A DNA stretch of 64,000 bases from NCBI GenBank assembly GCA_902781565.1, contig CACZJT010000005.1, positions 11,902-75,901 on the forward strand. The letters run 5' to 3'. The notes below the pieces were generated by a model. The model was not told the DNA's origin, searched no databases, and was given only the letters and a program-made list of their open reading frames with translations. The first letter of the stretch is position 1, and every line of letters starts with the position of its first letter. Positions 26,884 to 36,629 of this stretch are shown one piece after another. A program made the translations under genes and the position numbers. The DNA comes from an uncultured Ruminococcus sp. (lineage in GTDB: Bacteria; Bacillota; Clostridia; Oscillospirales; Ruminococcaceae).

Positions 26884-27154
26884 GCTCTATCACCTCTCTC
26901 ACTTTTGCTTTCGTGTCGATGTCGGCGTAGACGGTACAGCCCAAAGCCCTAAGCTCCGCCTGCCGTTTCTTCTGCTGAGGGGTCGAGGTCTTTCCCTCCG
27001 ATTTCGTCTCAACGAAGAAAACGCCGCCGTTCGGCTTTATCACGATGCGGTCGGGAACCCCCGCGCACCCGGGGGACACCCACTTGTACGAACGCCCTCC
27101 GCGAGCCTTCACCTCGTCCCGCAGGAACGCTTCTGTGTCTTTTTCCGATTGCAT
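26864..27154 (-). CDS. VRR-NUC domain nuclease
   Basis: EKDTE...KWVSPG.AGVPDR...FVETK. Confidence 0.88.
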   Translation of the reverse strand: MQSEKDTEAFLRDEVKARGGRSYKWVSPGCAGVPDRIVIKPNGGVFFVETKSEGKTSTPQQKKRQAELRALGCTVYADIDTKAKVREVIELEFRKG

Positions 27155-27285
27155 ATATATCTCCTTCCGTTACTTCGCAACTTCGCGCGTGCACGCGTAT
27201 ATATTTATTAAATTAGGCGCGTTAGGCGCTATAGGTATATCCCCTATTCCCTCTAATCCCTCTGTTTTATATTTTTAAAGAAAAT

Positions 27286-27447
27286 AAAGTAACAAAGTAA
27301 CAGATAGAGAGAAAAGCGTGGTATTTCGCTATAATCTGCTGTTACTTTAGCTGTTACTTTCCCGTTTTTTCGGTAACACCAAGTAACAGAGTAGGTGTTA
27401 CTTGTTTTTTCACTTTTTAGAGAAAGTAACAGCAGAAAGTAACAGAA
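27286..27447. repeat. Iteron-like GTAACA cluster (9 copies, both orientations), putative replication origin
   Basis: 6 x GTAACA and 3 x TGTTAC in an AT-rich gap downstream of the primase-helicase. Confidence 0.6.
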
Positions 27448-27448
27448 A

Positions 27449-29872
27449 TCAGCGATCAATTTTACGGATATAACCCTTTTGCAGACCGTATACTGCGCCG
27501 AACCTTATGCCGTTTTTCGACTTCTCCCACCCCTCCAAGTGGGCTAAGATACCGTTGATCTCGGCGGCGTCCTGTCGCTTGAAATACTTCATATCGCCGC
27601 CCAGCGCCTCGCACCATATCTCAATGGCGCACACGCGGTCGAGCTTTTTGAAGCTAACGCCCTCTGGGTTCATCAGCCCCGAACGGTAGCGCCGCCGTGC
27701 GTCGAGGTCGAGCTTATCCCAGTTGTCGGGTACCTCGCGTTCGACGAATTCGCGGATAATGCCCTCCTTCGCCGAGTGTACCTGGTGGCTCTCCTGCGCC
27801 GCCCTTGCCGCCGCCGCGAGCGCCCCCTTGTCCATATACAGGGATTCGCCCAGCCGCCAGCCGACCAGCGCCTCCGCCCATATCTGCGGCACCTCCGCGG
27901 ACAGGTCGTCGAACACCGACTTTGCAGGCTCATGCACCATGCAGTCTATCGGCAGGAAGCGCCGAGAGCCCGTCTTGTCCCGCAGAAACTCGTCATCGTT
28001 CGTCGTCCCGAAGAACACGCAGCGCCGCGGATAACGCCCAGTGCGCCGTCCGTAGGGCTCGCGGTAGATGTCGTCGGTCTTTGAGAGGAACTGCTTGACG
28101 GCGTTCTCCTCCGAGCGGTTCAGCCCGTTGAGCTCCTGCAATTCTATCAGCCACGAGCCCTGTATCATCTCGCAGGCTTCCTTGCCCTCGAATGTGTTCA
28201 GGCTGTCGTTGAACCAGTCCGCGCCGAGGAGCCGAAGCAGGGTGCTTTTCCCTATGCCCTGCGCCCCGACCAGTATCGGCATGGTGTCGTACTTGACCCC
28301 CGGCTGCATGGCTCTCGCTACCGCCGCGCAAAGGCTCTTTCTCGCCACGGCTCTCGTGTAGGGCGTATCCTCGGCGCCAAGATAGTCGATGAACAGTGTG
28401 TCCAGCCGCGGCACTCCGTCCCATTCGGAAAGGGCGTTAAGATACTGCTGAACGAGATTGACCCTGTTCAGCTCGCAGTACAGCAGGAATCCGTCGGCTA
28501 TCCGCTCCTTGCCCGTAATGCCGTAGACCCTCTCCATGTAGCAGCGCAGCCCCGCGTCGTCGGCGTCCTTCCAGTCCCGCCGCCTGCCCGATGTATCCCA
28601 GGGCAGCTTCCCCGTTATGTAGAGCCTGTTGGAGAACTCATCAAACACCGCCTTCCCCCGAAGCTGCGGGTCGTTCTCAAGCACCAGCAGTACGTTGTCT
28701 ATGGTCTTCAGCGGCTTTCCCGTTTCGGGCGACAGCAGCAGCCGCGTTATCCATTCCGTGTCCTCCTCCTTTGCGATCTCCGCCGTCGGCTCGCCGAAAG
28801 CCGATACTGCCTTTTCGTAACGCTCCCTGCTCATGAGCCGCGCCACCCTTTCGTCGCTCACGGCGAGGCGGCACATCTCTGTAAAGCTCGGCAGCTTGTT
28901 TGCGGGAGTATCGGGCTTTGCTTCGGCGTCCTTCTCGGCGAACAAATGCAGCCTAACGAGGTCGAATGCGTTCACGAGCCTTCCGCCCGCAGGGTCGGTG
29001 GCGTGGTGAGAGTACAGGAACCTGCCGTCCTCGTAAAGCACCGCACCGCCCGTTGTCGAGCCGCCCGTAAAGGTGTAGCGTCCCTCGCCCGCAGCCGTGT
29101 ATCTGTCGGGCAGATACTCCGCAATGACTGTCGGAATATCGTACACACGGCAGAAGGCACCCACGGCGCCCGCCTTTTCGGTGGGGTCTTTCTGCCGCAC
29201 GAGCTTGCCCGTGCCGTTACCACGCGGGATATTCTGCGCCGTCAGTCCCGCCCAGCTCGTGACGTCCCGCCAGTCGGCATACATGGCGAGGAGCCCGTCC
29301 GCGTCGGCAAAGGGCTTATCCGCGCAGGTGTAAACAAAGCTGCTGTCCGCGCAGCATGAGGGATAATACATCAGCCTTGAAGCCTCGAACGTAGTCTTAT
29401 CGCAGAGTTCAAGACCTATTATCTCCCCCGCCTTTCGGGCTATCGGCTCATATTCGTCCGCCGTGACCGTCCTCGAAAGCGGTATCAGCACCCGCAGGCG
29501 CGGAGCCTCGGGGGAGTGCTTTCTCGTCGAATACACGCAGTACCCCACCCCGAGGGTGTCGAGCTTCATGAGCACGCTGTCCGTCTGCCCCGCGGGAATG
29601 TTATCGAGGTCGAGAGTAATGATATCCCGTCCCGTCACGTCGCAGGCACGGCGTTTCTCGCCTCTGAACGTCCCCGCCACGTAGCCGCCGACGTCCTTCA
29701 GCTCGTCCTGCCTTGCCTTCGGCAGATCGCGGTACTGCGCAAGAGTTTCGGTACTTCTGTGAACGTTCCCCAGCCGCCCCCAGAACTCCGAGAGCGTGAG
29801 CGTTTCGGGCTTCCACACTGTAGCCTTACGGCTCGCCCCGACCGTTATCGTTATCATTCTGTCAAATTGCAA
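27449..29872 (-). CDS. Primase-helicase (VirE/VapE family)
   Basis: KDVGGYV, TLDLD, YSTRKH, GAQGIGKST, FFGTTN..FLRDKTG.RRF. Confidence 0.9.
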   Translation of the reverse strand: MQFDRMITITVGASRKATVWKPETLTLSEFWGRLGNVHRSTETLAQYRDLPKARQDELKDVGGYVAGTFRGEKRRACDVTGRDIITLDLDNIPAGQTDSVLMKLDTLGVGYCVYSTRKHSPEAPRLRVLIPLSRTVTADEYEPIARKAGEIIGLELCDKTTFEASRLMYYPSCCADSSFVYTCADKPFADADGLLAMYADWRDVTSWAGLTAQNIPRGNGTGKLVRQKDPTEKAGAVGAFCRVYDIPTVIAEYLPDRYTAAGEGRYTFTGGSTTGGAVLYEDGRFLYSHHATDPAGGRLVNAFDLVRLHLFAEKDAEAKPDTPANKLPSFTEMCRLAVSDERVARLMSRERYEKAVSAFGEPTAEIAKEEDTEWITRLLLSPETGKPLKTIDNVLLVLENDPQLRGKAVFDEFSNRLYITGKLPWDTSGRRRDWKDADDAGLRCYMERVYGITGKERIADGFLLYCELNRVNLVQQYLNALSEWDGVPRLDTLFIDYLGAEDTPYTRAVARKSLCAAVARAMQPGVKYDTMPILVGAQGIGKSTLLRLLGADWFNDSLNTFEGKEACEMIQGSWLIELQELNGLNRSEENAVKQFLSKTDDIYREPYGRRTGRYPRRCVFFGTTNDDEFLRDKTGSRRFLPIDCMVHEPAKSVFDDLSAEVPQIWAEALVGWRLGESLYMDKGALAAAARAAQESHQVHSAKEGIIREFVEREVPDNWDKLDLDARRRYRSGLMNPEGVSFKKLDRVCAIEIWCEALGGDMKYFKRQDAAEINGILAHLEGWEKSKNGIRFGAVYGLQKGYIRKIDR

Positions 29873-29883
29873 GACCCCGCCTC

Positions 29884-31839
29884 CTAATCTTTCTTATAAT
29901 ACCCCCCGACGAAGCCGTCGGCGTTCAGCAAGAGACCTTTCGCCCACGGTATAGGCGGCGCACACATCAGTCTGCACACGCGGTCGAGATCGGCTTTATC
30001 CGACGGCACATCGAGGATAACTTCGTCATGAATGTGCATGACTATCCGATATCCCGCCGCTTCGAGGTTCTCCATCGCCGCCGCAAGGCAGTCCCGGGCT
30101 ATAGCCTGCACTACGTTCTCCGTCAGCTTGCCGCCGTAGGTCTCCAGCTCCGCCCACTTCCCCGTGTTCGTGCCGTAGTAGTGCAGGCTCTCGTTACCGA
30201 AGCGGTTCGGCGCAAAAAAAGGCTCGGCATAGAACAGCTTTCTCCCCGACGGAAGCTGTATCGTGAGGAACCTTAGCCCCTCGGGAGTGCGCTCGTATCT
30301 GAATATCAGCCCCGCCGCTCCGACGGGTACGCCCGTCCGCACTGCTTCCGAGGCGGCGCTTTCAAGCGTATACCAAAGCCTTACGATGTTCGGGCTTGAC
30401 CGCCGCCAGTCGTCCACGATCTGTTTGAGCTCCGTATCGGACATATCCGCGCCGCCCATCTGCTTCATGGCTCCGATACTCCCGCCGTAGCCGCAAGCCA
30501 GCTCCGCCACCTTGCCCTTCTGACGCAGATGACCGTTTACGCCATGCTTCACTACGGGCACTCCGAAGATGTGCGACGCCGAAGCGCAGTAGATGTCCTC
30601 GCCGTTTGCGAAAGCCTTCATGCGCCACGTTTCTCCCGCGAGCCATGCGATCACCCGCGCTTCTATCGCCGAGAAGTCAGCCACGACGAAACGGTGTCCC
30701 TCTGCGGGGATAAAAGCCGTTCGTATCAGCTGCGAGAGCGTATCGGGCACGTTCCCGAACACGATGGCGAGCTCCCCCACGCGCCCCGTTTTCACCAGTT
30801 CCCGGGCGTAATCGAGCTCTTCTATGTAGTTGCGGGGAAGGTTCTGCATCTGCACCAGCCGCCCCGCCCAGCGCCCCGTTCTCGAAGCGCCGTAGAATTG
30901 CAGAAGTCCCCGTATACGCCCGTCGGGGCAAACGCAGTCAAGCATTGCCTTATATTTCGACACCGACGTTTTCCCGAGCCGCTGTTTCAGCTCCAGCGCA
31001 GTCCTGACCTTTATCGGGAGATATTCGCGGTCAAGATATTCTTCGACAGCCGCCTTGTCCAGCTTCGGCACCTCCTCGCCCAGCTGTTCGGACAGCCACG
31101 ACTTCATCTGCGCGGTGCTTTTGGGATTCGCCACGCCCGTTATCTGCCGCAACTGACTTTTGAGTCCTTCGAGCTCCGCGTCGGCGTAGGCTTTCGCGCC
31201 CTCGGCTAAGTCCATGTCGAGGCGCACCCCCGCGAGGTTCACGCGCATATCCTGCTCCCATTCTCTCTGCACCTCATCGGGTACGGGGAATGCCGAAAGC
31301 CTGCGCTCTACCTCCATTTCGGTCACTACGTCCTGCTTGCAGTAGCTTTTGAACAGCTCCCACTTCTGCGGCTCCTGCGCGGGTGAAACGGGCTGACCGT
31401 TCTTTTGCGGTACGCAGAACCTCGCTATCAGACTGCTTCCTATCCTGTCCTTCTGCTTGTCCGCAGGCAGCCCGAGGACTTCGCCGACCTTCCCCAAGCC
31501 CCCGATCAGACCGCAGTACAGTCCGTGTACCATCGTACATCTCCACTGACTCAGCCACTCCTCGGGCTTTTTCGTCCCGAAATACTTCGACAGGCAGTAC
31601 CACTCAAACGCCGCGTTGTAGGCGTGCTTTACGACCTCGGGCGAAAACAGCGCCGTCCGCAGCTCCGCGGGTATCGTTTCGCCGTTCGCAAGGTCGATGA
31701 TGTCGGGGGGCTCTCCGTCAAAGCTGTAGGCGAGGAGCAGTATTCGGAAAGCGCGGGACTGCACATATCTGTACAGCCCCGCTTTCTTGATGCTTTCGTC
31801 CGAATATGTTTCGATGTCGATGGACAAATGCCGTATCAC
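29884..31839 (-). CDS. Phage DNA polymerase, family A
   Basis: DIETYS exonuclease, TGRWAG, ADFSAIEARV, RQKGKVAELACGYGG, HIHDE. Confidence 0.93.
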   Translation of the reverse strand: MIRHLSIDIETYSDESIKKAGLYRYVQSRAFRILLLAYSFDGEPPDIIDLANGETIPAELRTALFSPEVVKHAYNAAFEWYCLSKYFGTKKPEEWLSQWRCTMVHGLYCGLIGGLGKVGEVLGLPADKQKDRIGSSLIARFCVPQKNGQPVSPAQEPQKWELFKSYCKQDVVTEMEVERRLSAFPVPDEVQREWEQDMRVNLAGVRLDMDLAEGAKAYADAELEGLKSQLRQITGVANPKSTAQMKSWLSEQLGEEVPKLDKAAVEEYLDREYLPIKVRTALELKQRLGKTSVSKYKAMLDCVCPDGRIRGLLQFYGASRTGRWAGRLVQMQNLPRNYIEELDYARELVKTGRVGELAIVFGNVPDTLSQLIRTAFIPAEGHRFVVADFSAIEARVIAWLAGETWRMKAFANGEDIYCASASHIFGVPVVKHGVNGHLRQKGKVAELACGYGGSIGAMKQMGGADMSDTELKQIVDDWRRSSPNIVRLWYTLESAASEAVRTGVPVGAAGLIFRYERTPEGLRFLTIQLPSGRKLFYAEPFFAPNRFGNESLHYYGTNTGKWAELETYGGKLTENVVQAIARDCLAAAMENLEAAGYRIVMHIHDEVILDVPSDKADLDRVCRLMCAPPIPWAKGLLLNADGFVGGYYKKD

Positions 31840-32444
31840 AGCGGCAGACCCGTGATCGGGTCAACGGCAGGAGCACCGCCGGGATAGAACATTGGCGCGG
31901 ACTGAGCCGAAGGAGCACCGCCAAAGGCGTCGGCTACCGATACCCCGCCCCCGAGGGGGTCCCCGTCACGGAGCTTCTGGACGGCTTCAAGCCCGAAGCC
32001 TATGCCGCGCTTGCCGTTTGAGTTGTAGGCGAACATGGAGATGCACACCCTCGCGTAGCAGCCCGAATACAGCTCGCCCTTCTGCATGATGGGGTTCATG
32101 CCCGCGTCCACGAGCTGTACGGGGTTCCTGCTCGACGCCGTGAACACCCAATGACCCCTGCACTCCGCGCCGAACTGCTCCCCGTTCGGGCGCACTCCGT
32201 CGCCGTCATATACGGGCAGCGCAAGCACGGGAGGCTGTACGCCGTTCCACTTTTCCGCGATACCCTTCTGCGTGGTATACTGAACGGCAGCGTCGAGCCT
32301 TGCCTTTGCCGCCGTATCCGACTTCGGCATGAGTACGGTAACGCTGTACTTGGGCTCGCCCCCGTTATTGCTGTAGGGCTCGTAAAGGTGTGCGTAGGAC
32401 AGGCGTACCTCGCCCGTTGTCATCTGATTCTGATTAAGTGCCAT
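31836..32444 (-). CDS. ssDNA-binding protein (DUF2815, gp2.5-like)
   Basis: VRLSYAHL...KYSVT...DGD...YSGCYAR...GLEAVQKLRDG. Confidence 0.88.
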   Translation of the reverse strand: MALNQNQMTTGEVRLSYAHLYEPYSNNGGEPKYSVTVLMPKSDTAAKARLDAAVQYTTQKGIAEKWNGVQPPVLALPVYDGDGVRPNGEQFGAECRGHWVFTASSRNPVQLVDAGMNPIMQKGELYSGCYARVCISMFAYNSNGKRGIGFGLEAVQKLRDGDPLGGGVSVADAFGGAPSAQSAPMFYPGGAPAVDPITGLPL

Positions 32445-32457
32445 GATCTTTTCCTCC

Positions 32458-33612
32458 TTAGTTATCTTTGAACATTTCGGCTATTCTCGTTTGCGAGAAC
32501 GCCTTTCTTTTATCACTTTCGGGTACCAGCGTCGGTTTGCCCGAAGGCTTCGTGATGTAGTTCCCGATAAGCTCAGTCAGCTTCTTTCTGCCGCAGAGCT
32601 TTTCGAGTGCGGTAAGTCCGAGGGGCTTGCGTTCGTAGAGCAGCTCACTGCCGTACCCTGCGGCTTCCAGCGCTGCAAAGGCTCCGTTTATATCGGAGAT
32701 GGCGCGAACGCTCCGCCCCTCTACGAGCTTCCAGTGAGGAACGGGTTCTCCGCGCAGCAGCTTATCGTACACGTACTCCTCCAGCCCCTTGACCCACCCT
32801 GCGAGCAGCTGCGCCCTCAGAAGAACCTCTCCGATCTCCTCGTCTGTCAGCATTTCGCCGCGGTCCTCGCGGGCTTTCTGTTCCTCCGCGGAAAGCAGCA
32901 TTTCCGCCCGTGCGCGGCATTTTGCTTTAGCCTTGCAGAATCGGCAATGCTCACCCGGGACGAACTCGCCGCCCGCAGCGATCGAAGCCTTCACCCTGCG
33001 CCCGAACTTGTCGCCCCATGCGGTCAGCTCCTCTGCGGGCATACACGCCGAACAGATGTTATCTATCCGCGGCTGAATGATATTCATGAAAACTGTTTTG
33101 ATCTTTCCGAATACCGAATATTCTCCGATCGCGCCGAGAGCATAGAGCCGCAACTGTGGGTTATTCTCCGCGCTGACCGAAACGCCCTTGCCGTACTTGA
33201 AGTCGAATATGTGAAGTATTGTTCCGTATAATACGATACAATCCGCTGTTCCGAAGCAGTCGGGGACGATGTGCCCCATGTCAAGGCGTTTTTCAACTAT
33301 AACATAGGGCTTTTCGGGGAAGGCGCAGCAGACCTTCATTATCTCATCGGCATAGATGTCCGTGTATTCCTCCATCTCCTTCTGATACAGTGGGTCGGCG
33401 CGGAGCATATCCAGTCTGCTTTTGCACACATCTGCGGGCAATAGACCGAATCGACTGCACAGCTTCAGCTCGGCGATAGCGTGCGCCAGCGTCCCCTCTG
33501 CGGCGTATTCGCTGTCCGTTTCGGGGATATTCTCCTCGGCTCTGACCGAAGCCGTACAGGTGCCCCATACCGCCGCATGAGAGGGGGAGTATCTCGCGTG
33601 TATCCCGGGCAT
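32458..33612 (-). CDS. PD-(D/E)XK exonuclease (DUF2800)
   Basis: HARYSPS...EGTLAH...FGTADC...DFKYGKG...NPQLRLYALG. Confidence 0.88.
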   Translation of the reverse strand: MPGIHARYSPSHAAVWGTCTASVRAEENIPETDSEYAAEGTLAHAIAELKLCSRFGLLPADVCKSRLDMLRADPLYQKEMEEYTDIYADEIMKVCCAFPEKPYVIVEKRLDMGHIVPDCFGTADCIVLYGTILHIFDFKYGKGVSVSAENNPQLRLYALGAIGEYSVFGKIKTVFMNIIQPRIDNICSACMPAEELTAWGDKFGRRVKASIAAGGEFVPGEHCRFCKAKAKCRARAEMLLSAEEQKAREDRGEMLTDEEIGEVLLRAQLLAGWVKGLEEYVYDKLLRGEPVPHWKLVEGRSVRAISDINGAFAALEAAGYGSELLYERKPLGLTALEKLCGRKKLTELIGNYITKPSGKPTLVPESDKRKAFSQTRIAEMFKDN

Positions 33613-34076
33613 CAGATAAGACCACCCATCGCTCTGAGACGCGCCGCAAAATCCGCCCGTCTGTCCTCGGGGAGCGCCGCTACAGACTGCACCCCGAACT
33701 CCGCAAGAAGTGCTATAAGCTCCTGCTGTCTGCCGTTTTCCATGAGAGGGCGCGCCGCCAGTCCCAGTTGAGGGATAGTGTAATGCTGTACCGTCGTCTG
33801 TGCGGGGATAGCAGCAGGCGCGGGGGGCGTTACGGGTATCGGGGCGGGGGACGGAGCGGCGGTCGGTATCGCGGTGGTATTAGCTGCTATCTGTGTGGCG
33901 CTCTCCTCAAACAGCGGCTCTCCCGTCTCCGCGGGGGCTGACGAGGCGGTATTACGCGCTTTGATAAGCCCCAGCACGGCGCTCGCCTGTTCTACCGTGA
34001 TCTCGTTGAGTGTAAGTGTTACTGTCATTGTCGATTCCTCCAATTCTAATTTTCCTGTGGGATATTTTATGTTCAA
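33612..34076 (-). CDS. Hypothetical replication-module protein
   Basis: Pro/Ala linker then LLAEFGVQSV..LP...FA..LR; typical position before DUF2800. Confidence 0.65.
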   Translation of the reverse strand: MNIKYPTGKLELEESTMTVTLTLNEITVEQASAVLGLIKARNTASSAPAETGEPLFEESATQIAANTTAIPTAAPSPAPIPVTPPAPAAIPAQTTVQHYTIPQLGLAARPLMENGRQQELIALLAEFGVQSVAALPEDRRADFAARLRAMGGLI

Positions 34077-34252
34077 TCAACTATCCTCCTTGTCTTGTAC
34101 GGGCGTCAATGCCCTCTATTTATAGCGAAAAAACGTCCTTTTTTTGCACGTTTGCGTGCAACTAAAACGCGAATATGTCTTGATTAAATCAAAAATCATT
34201 TGTTTGCACATATTTTTACGTCGATAATTGTGCATTTTTTCATATTCCCTCC

Positions 34253-34352
34253 TTGACATTCCGCGAATTTCGGTGTATACTTATGATAGAAATATTTCCT
34301 TGGTATTTCGACCGTGAGCTTGTCCCTGCGCCAACAGGGGCAGGCTCTTTTT
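34253..34352 (+). ncRNA. Putative ~65-nt antisense small RNA with its own promoter and terminator
   Basis: TTGACA-17-TATACT, then hairpin GAGCTTGTCCCTG-cgccaa-CAGGGGCAGGCTC-TTTTT. Confidence 0.5.
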
Positions 34353-34475
34353 CATTCGTCCTCAAAGTCCTCGTCCTCCTCGGGTATTATTTTGCACTGC
34401 GGGCAGTCCCTCAGTGAGCCGTAGTAGCACCACTCACAGCCGACGCACAGCCCCGGGTCGTATGCCGTTTCGTCC

Positions 34476-34676
34476 TCATACATCGCTTTTCGCCCTCCTT
34501 TTCAGCAGCTCTCTGCACGCCCTGACCTCTGTTTTCAAGTGCGCTATCTCCTCGCGGCTCGCGCGTTTCTGCTTCATGTAGTCCATGTAGCACAGCAGGG
34601 TCGCTATGATACAGAACACCGTGCAAAATGTCGTTATGCACATGAAAATTACTATCATCGTTGTGTTCGCCTGCAT
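34476..34676 (-). CDS. Small membrane protein
   Basis: RBS GAGGTG, hydrophobic N-terminus, operon-packed. Confidence 0.55.
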   Translation of the reverse strand: MQANTTMIVIFMCITTFCTVFCIIATLLCYMDYMKQKRASREEIAHLKTEVRACRELLKRRAKSDV

Positions 34677-34685
34677 TTTTGCACC

Positions 34686-34976
34686 TCACATTCCGCTCGC
34701 CCAGAGCACGAACTCTTTGAGAGCGTCCAGTGTGAGCCACACCATTCCCGCCGCCGCTATCGCAAGCACCGCGCCCGTGAGCCTGTCCTTCCACTTGTCC
34801 GAGCGCTCGTGCCGCTCATGCAGGCGCTGTCTCACAGCCGTTTCGTACTGCCGCTTGTAGTGCGCGATGAGCCTGTCCTTTTCGGCGATCTCGGCTTCAT
34901 GAGCGGCGTTCTGCTCCGCGATGATGTTAAGCAGATAGACGCGCTCACGTCCGTTAAGTTTCTTCTCGGTGTTCAT
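34686..34976 (-). CDS. Hypothetical protein (coiled coil plus C-terminal TM)
   Basis: RBS GGAGG, operon-packed. Confidence 0.6.
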   Translation of the reverse strand: MNTEKKLNGRERVYLLNIIAEQNAAHEAEIAEKDRLIAHYKRQYETAVRQRLHERHERSDKWKDRLTGAVLAIAAAGMVWLTLDALKEFVLWASGM

Positions 34977-35275
34977 TTTCGTCCTCCCATTCGTCCATGT
35001 CCGCGTCGTAAGCCGTCCATATCGCGTGAGCCGTCGGGAGCACCAGCGCGATTATCACGGCTATCACTATGTATTCCATGATGTTCTCCGTTTCATATTT
35101 TCCCATTCCTCCTAAGCGCCATAAACTCCCCATAACTCATTCCCACCGCGCGTGCCTCGCGGGTCAGACGGCTGATGTCCGCCTGCGCCCCCCGTCCGTT
35201 CCACCGCTCGCAGGGCAGGTGCTCGGAGTGGTAGCTCTCTGTTTCGCGCATGAGACTGTTCATCTTTTCGGAATT

Positions 35276-35509
35276 TCAGCGCGAGTATTCGCGTTTCATT
35301 TCCTTTGAGCAGGGCTGACAATATTTTCTGCGCCTAACGTCTTGATAAACGCACCCGCACCGCACACAGTGCCCTTTCAGCACCTTCGGCTTGCTGTACT
35401 TTATCTTGACGGTGGGCTTGTACACCTTCCGATCGGGCGTGAGTATCTCGGGGCAGGCGTCAAACATTCGGTAGTCCGCGCTCTCGATGATATAGGCGAG
35501 GTCGATCAT
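35276..35509 (-). CDS. Zinc-finger hypothetical protein
   Basis: CVRCG...KYCQPC; overlaps the upstream stop. Confidence 0.55.
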   Translation of the reverse strand: MIDLAYIIESADYRMFDACPEILTPDRKVYKPTVKIKYSKPKVLKGHCVRCGCVYQDVRRRKYCQPCSKEMKREYSR

Positions 35510-35859
35510 TTCGGGGCTCCTTTCATCGTGAAGGCAGAGACGTTGACCTCTGCTTTGAGGTCTATCCCGAACCTCTCCCTGACAAGCTCGGTGAGGTCGT
35601 CCGCGTCGAATCGCCCCGCAAAACCCACGCCGTTCATGTCCTCAAAAGTACCGCCGATCTCGTCGAAAACGCGGCGCAGACGTGCCTTGCCGAACCCCTC
35701 ACAGACGTTCAGAGTGTGCAGCACAGCCGCCAAAAGCTGAACCGTTATGTCCTTCTGAATGACGTTCTGATGTTCCCGATAGCGGCGGGTGTACTCTCGC
35801 TCGACCTCCTTCATCGCGTTGAGCTTCAGCTGTTGCTTCGGGGCGACTAATGCTTTCAT
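35506..35859 (-). CDS. Hypothetical phage protein
   Basis: LH...GFGKARLRR...GIDL motif; RBS AGGAGG. Confidence 0.65.
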   Translation of the reverse strand: MKALVAPKQQLKLNAMKEVEREYTRRYREHQNVIQKDITVQLLAAVLHTLNVCEGFGKARLRRVFDEIGGTFEDMNGVGFAGRFDADDLTELVRERFGIDLKAEVNVSAFTMKGAPK

Positions 35860-35875
35860 ATTTTAACATTCCTCC

Positions 35876-36088
35876 TTACATCAGCGCCTTGTAAACGTCC
35901 TGCATTATCGCAATAACGCTGTCGCAGGTGACGTTCACGGTCTTTTCATAGCCGTTCCCGAAGCGGATAGTCACCGCCTCGAAGCCGTCATCGTCCATGT
36001 GGTAGGTCAGAGCGGCGATGTCCTCGCGGCTGTATTTCGCAAGCAGAGCGCCCAGCTCAGCCGTGAAATCAGCTTTGTTCTCGTTCAT
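35876..36088 (-). CDS. Hypothetical phage protein
   Basis: MNENKADF...VNVTCDS..AIMQDV; RBS GGAGG. Confidence 0.6.
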   Translation of the reverse strand: MNENKADFTAELGALLAKYSREDIAALTYHMDDDGFEAVTIRFGNGYEKTVNVTCDSVIAIMQDVYKALM

Positions 36089-36357
36089 GTTTTCTTCCTC
36101 CATTCGATGTTCCCAAGCACCTGTTCGAGCGCCCACTCCGCGGAGCTGTTCGCCGCGAACCGCACGCCTATCCACAGCACCCCGTCATCGGTGCAGTTTA
36201 CCTCGAGCATATGCACGTCCCCGAAGTCGGGCATTTTGCGCTTGAGGGTCTCCGCGTCGCCCTCGTAGATCGTGTAGTCATTTCCCGCCTTGTCCGTCCA
36301 CGTAACGCTGACGGGCTGTTCGCCCGAGACACAGCGGATAAAGTTTGATAGGGTCAT
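36085..36357 (-). CDS. Hypothetical phage protein
   Basis: RBS AAGGAG, operon-packed. Confidence 0.55.
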   Translation of the reverse strand: MTLSNFIRCVSGEQPVSVTWTDKAGNDYTIYEGDAETLKRKMPDFGDVHMLEVNCTDDGVLWIGVRFAANSSAEWALEQVLGNIEWRKKT

Positions 36358-36370
36358 TTCAGCCACTCCT

Positions 36371-36568
36371 TTAAGTTCCGTATTTTTCAACTATCTTCCG
36401 CGCCTCATCGGGGCGGGCGGAGAGGGCGGTGCCCATCGCTTCGGCGAACCTCTTGCCCAGCTCTCCGCGCACCTCCGCGCGCTTCTCGGGCGGAAGATCG
36501 TCTAAGACCACCCTGACCCCGTTCACGCTGACCGTGCTTATTACCTTGTACTCATTCATCTTTGCCAT
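36371..36568 (-). CDS. 65-aa protein behind a sigmaK-like promoter; candidate recombination directionality factor
   Basis: ORF with RBS GAGGTG; function inferred from context only. Confidence 0.55.
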   Translation of the reverse strand: MAKMNEYKVISTVSVNGVRVVLDDLPPEKRAEVRGELGKRFAEAMGTALSARPDEARKIVEKYGT

Positions 36569-36586
36569 AAAATATCACCTCATCGT

Positions 36587-36613
36587 ATTATATGCGGGTG
36601 CGGTTGTCCGTGT
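36587..36613 (-). promoter_or_regulatory. sigmaK-like promoter inside the early phage operon
   Basis: ACA-16 nt-CATATAAT, same geometry as the cotJA promoter. Confidence 0.55.
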
Positions 36614-36629
36614 TGATTCGTGTTGCGGC

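Noticed and set aside
32458-33612. Cas4-like nuclease as a sign of a CRISPR system
   Set aside because: It is the usual DUF2800 exonuclease of DUF2800-DUF2815-polA modules; no cas genes or repeat-spacer array seen in the window.
34085-34245. AT-rich gap with TGCAC palindromes as the replication origin
   Set aside because: Few repeats; the 27286-27447 array is a better origin candidate. It may be a regulator site but is unsupported.
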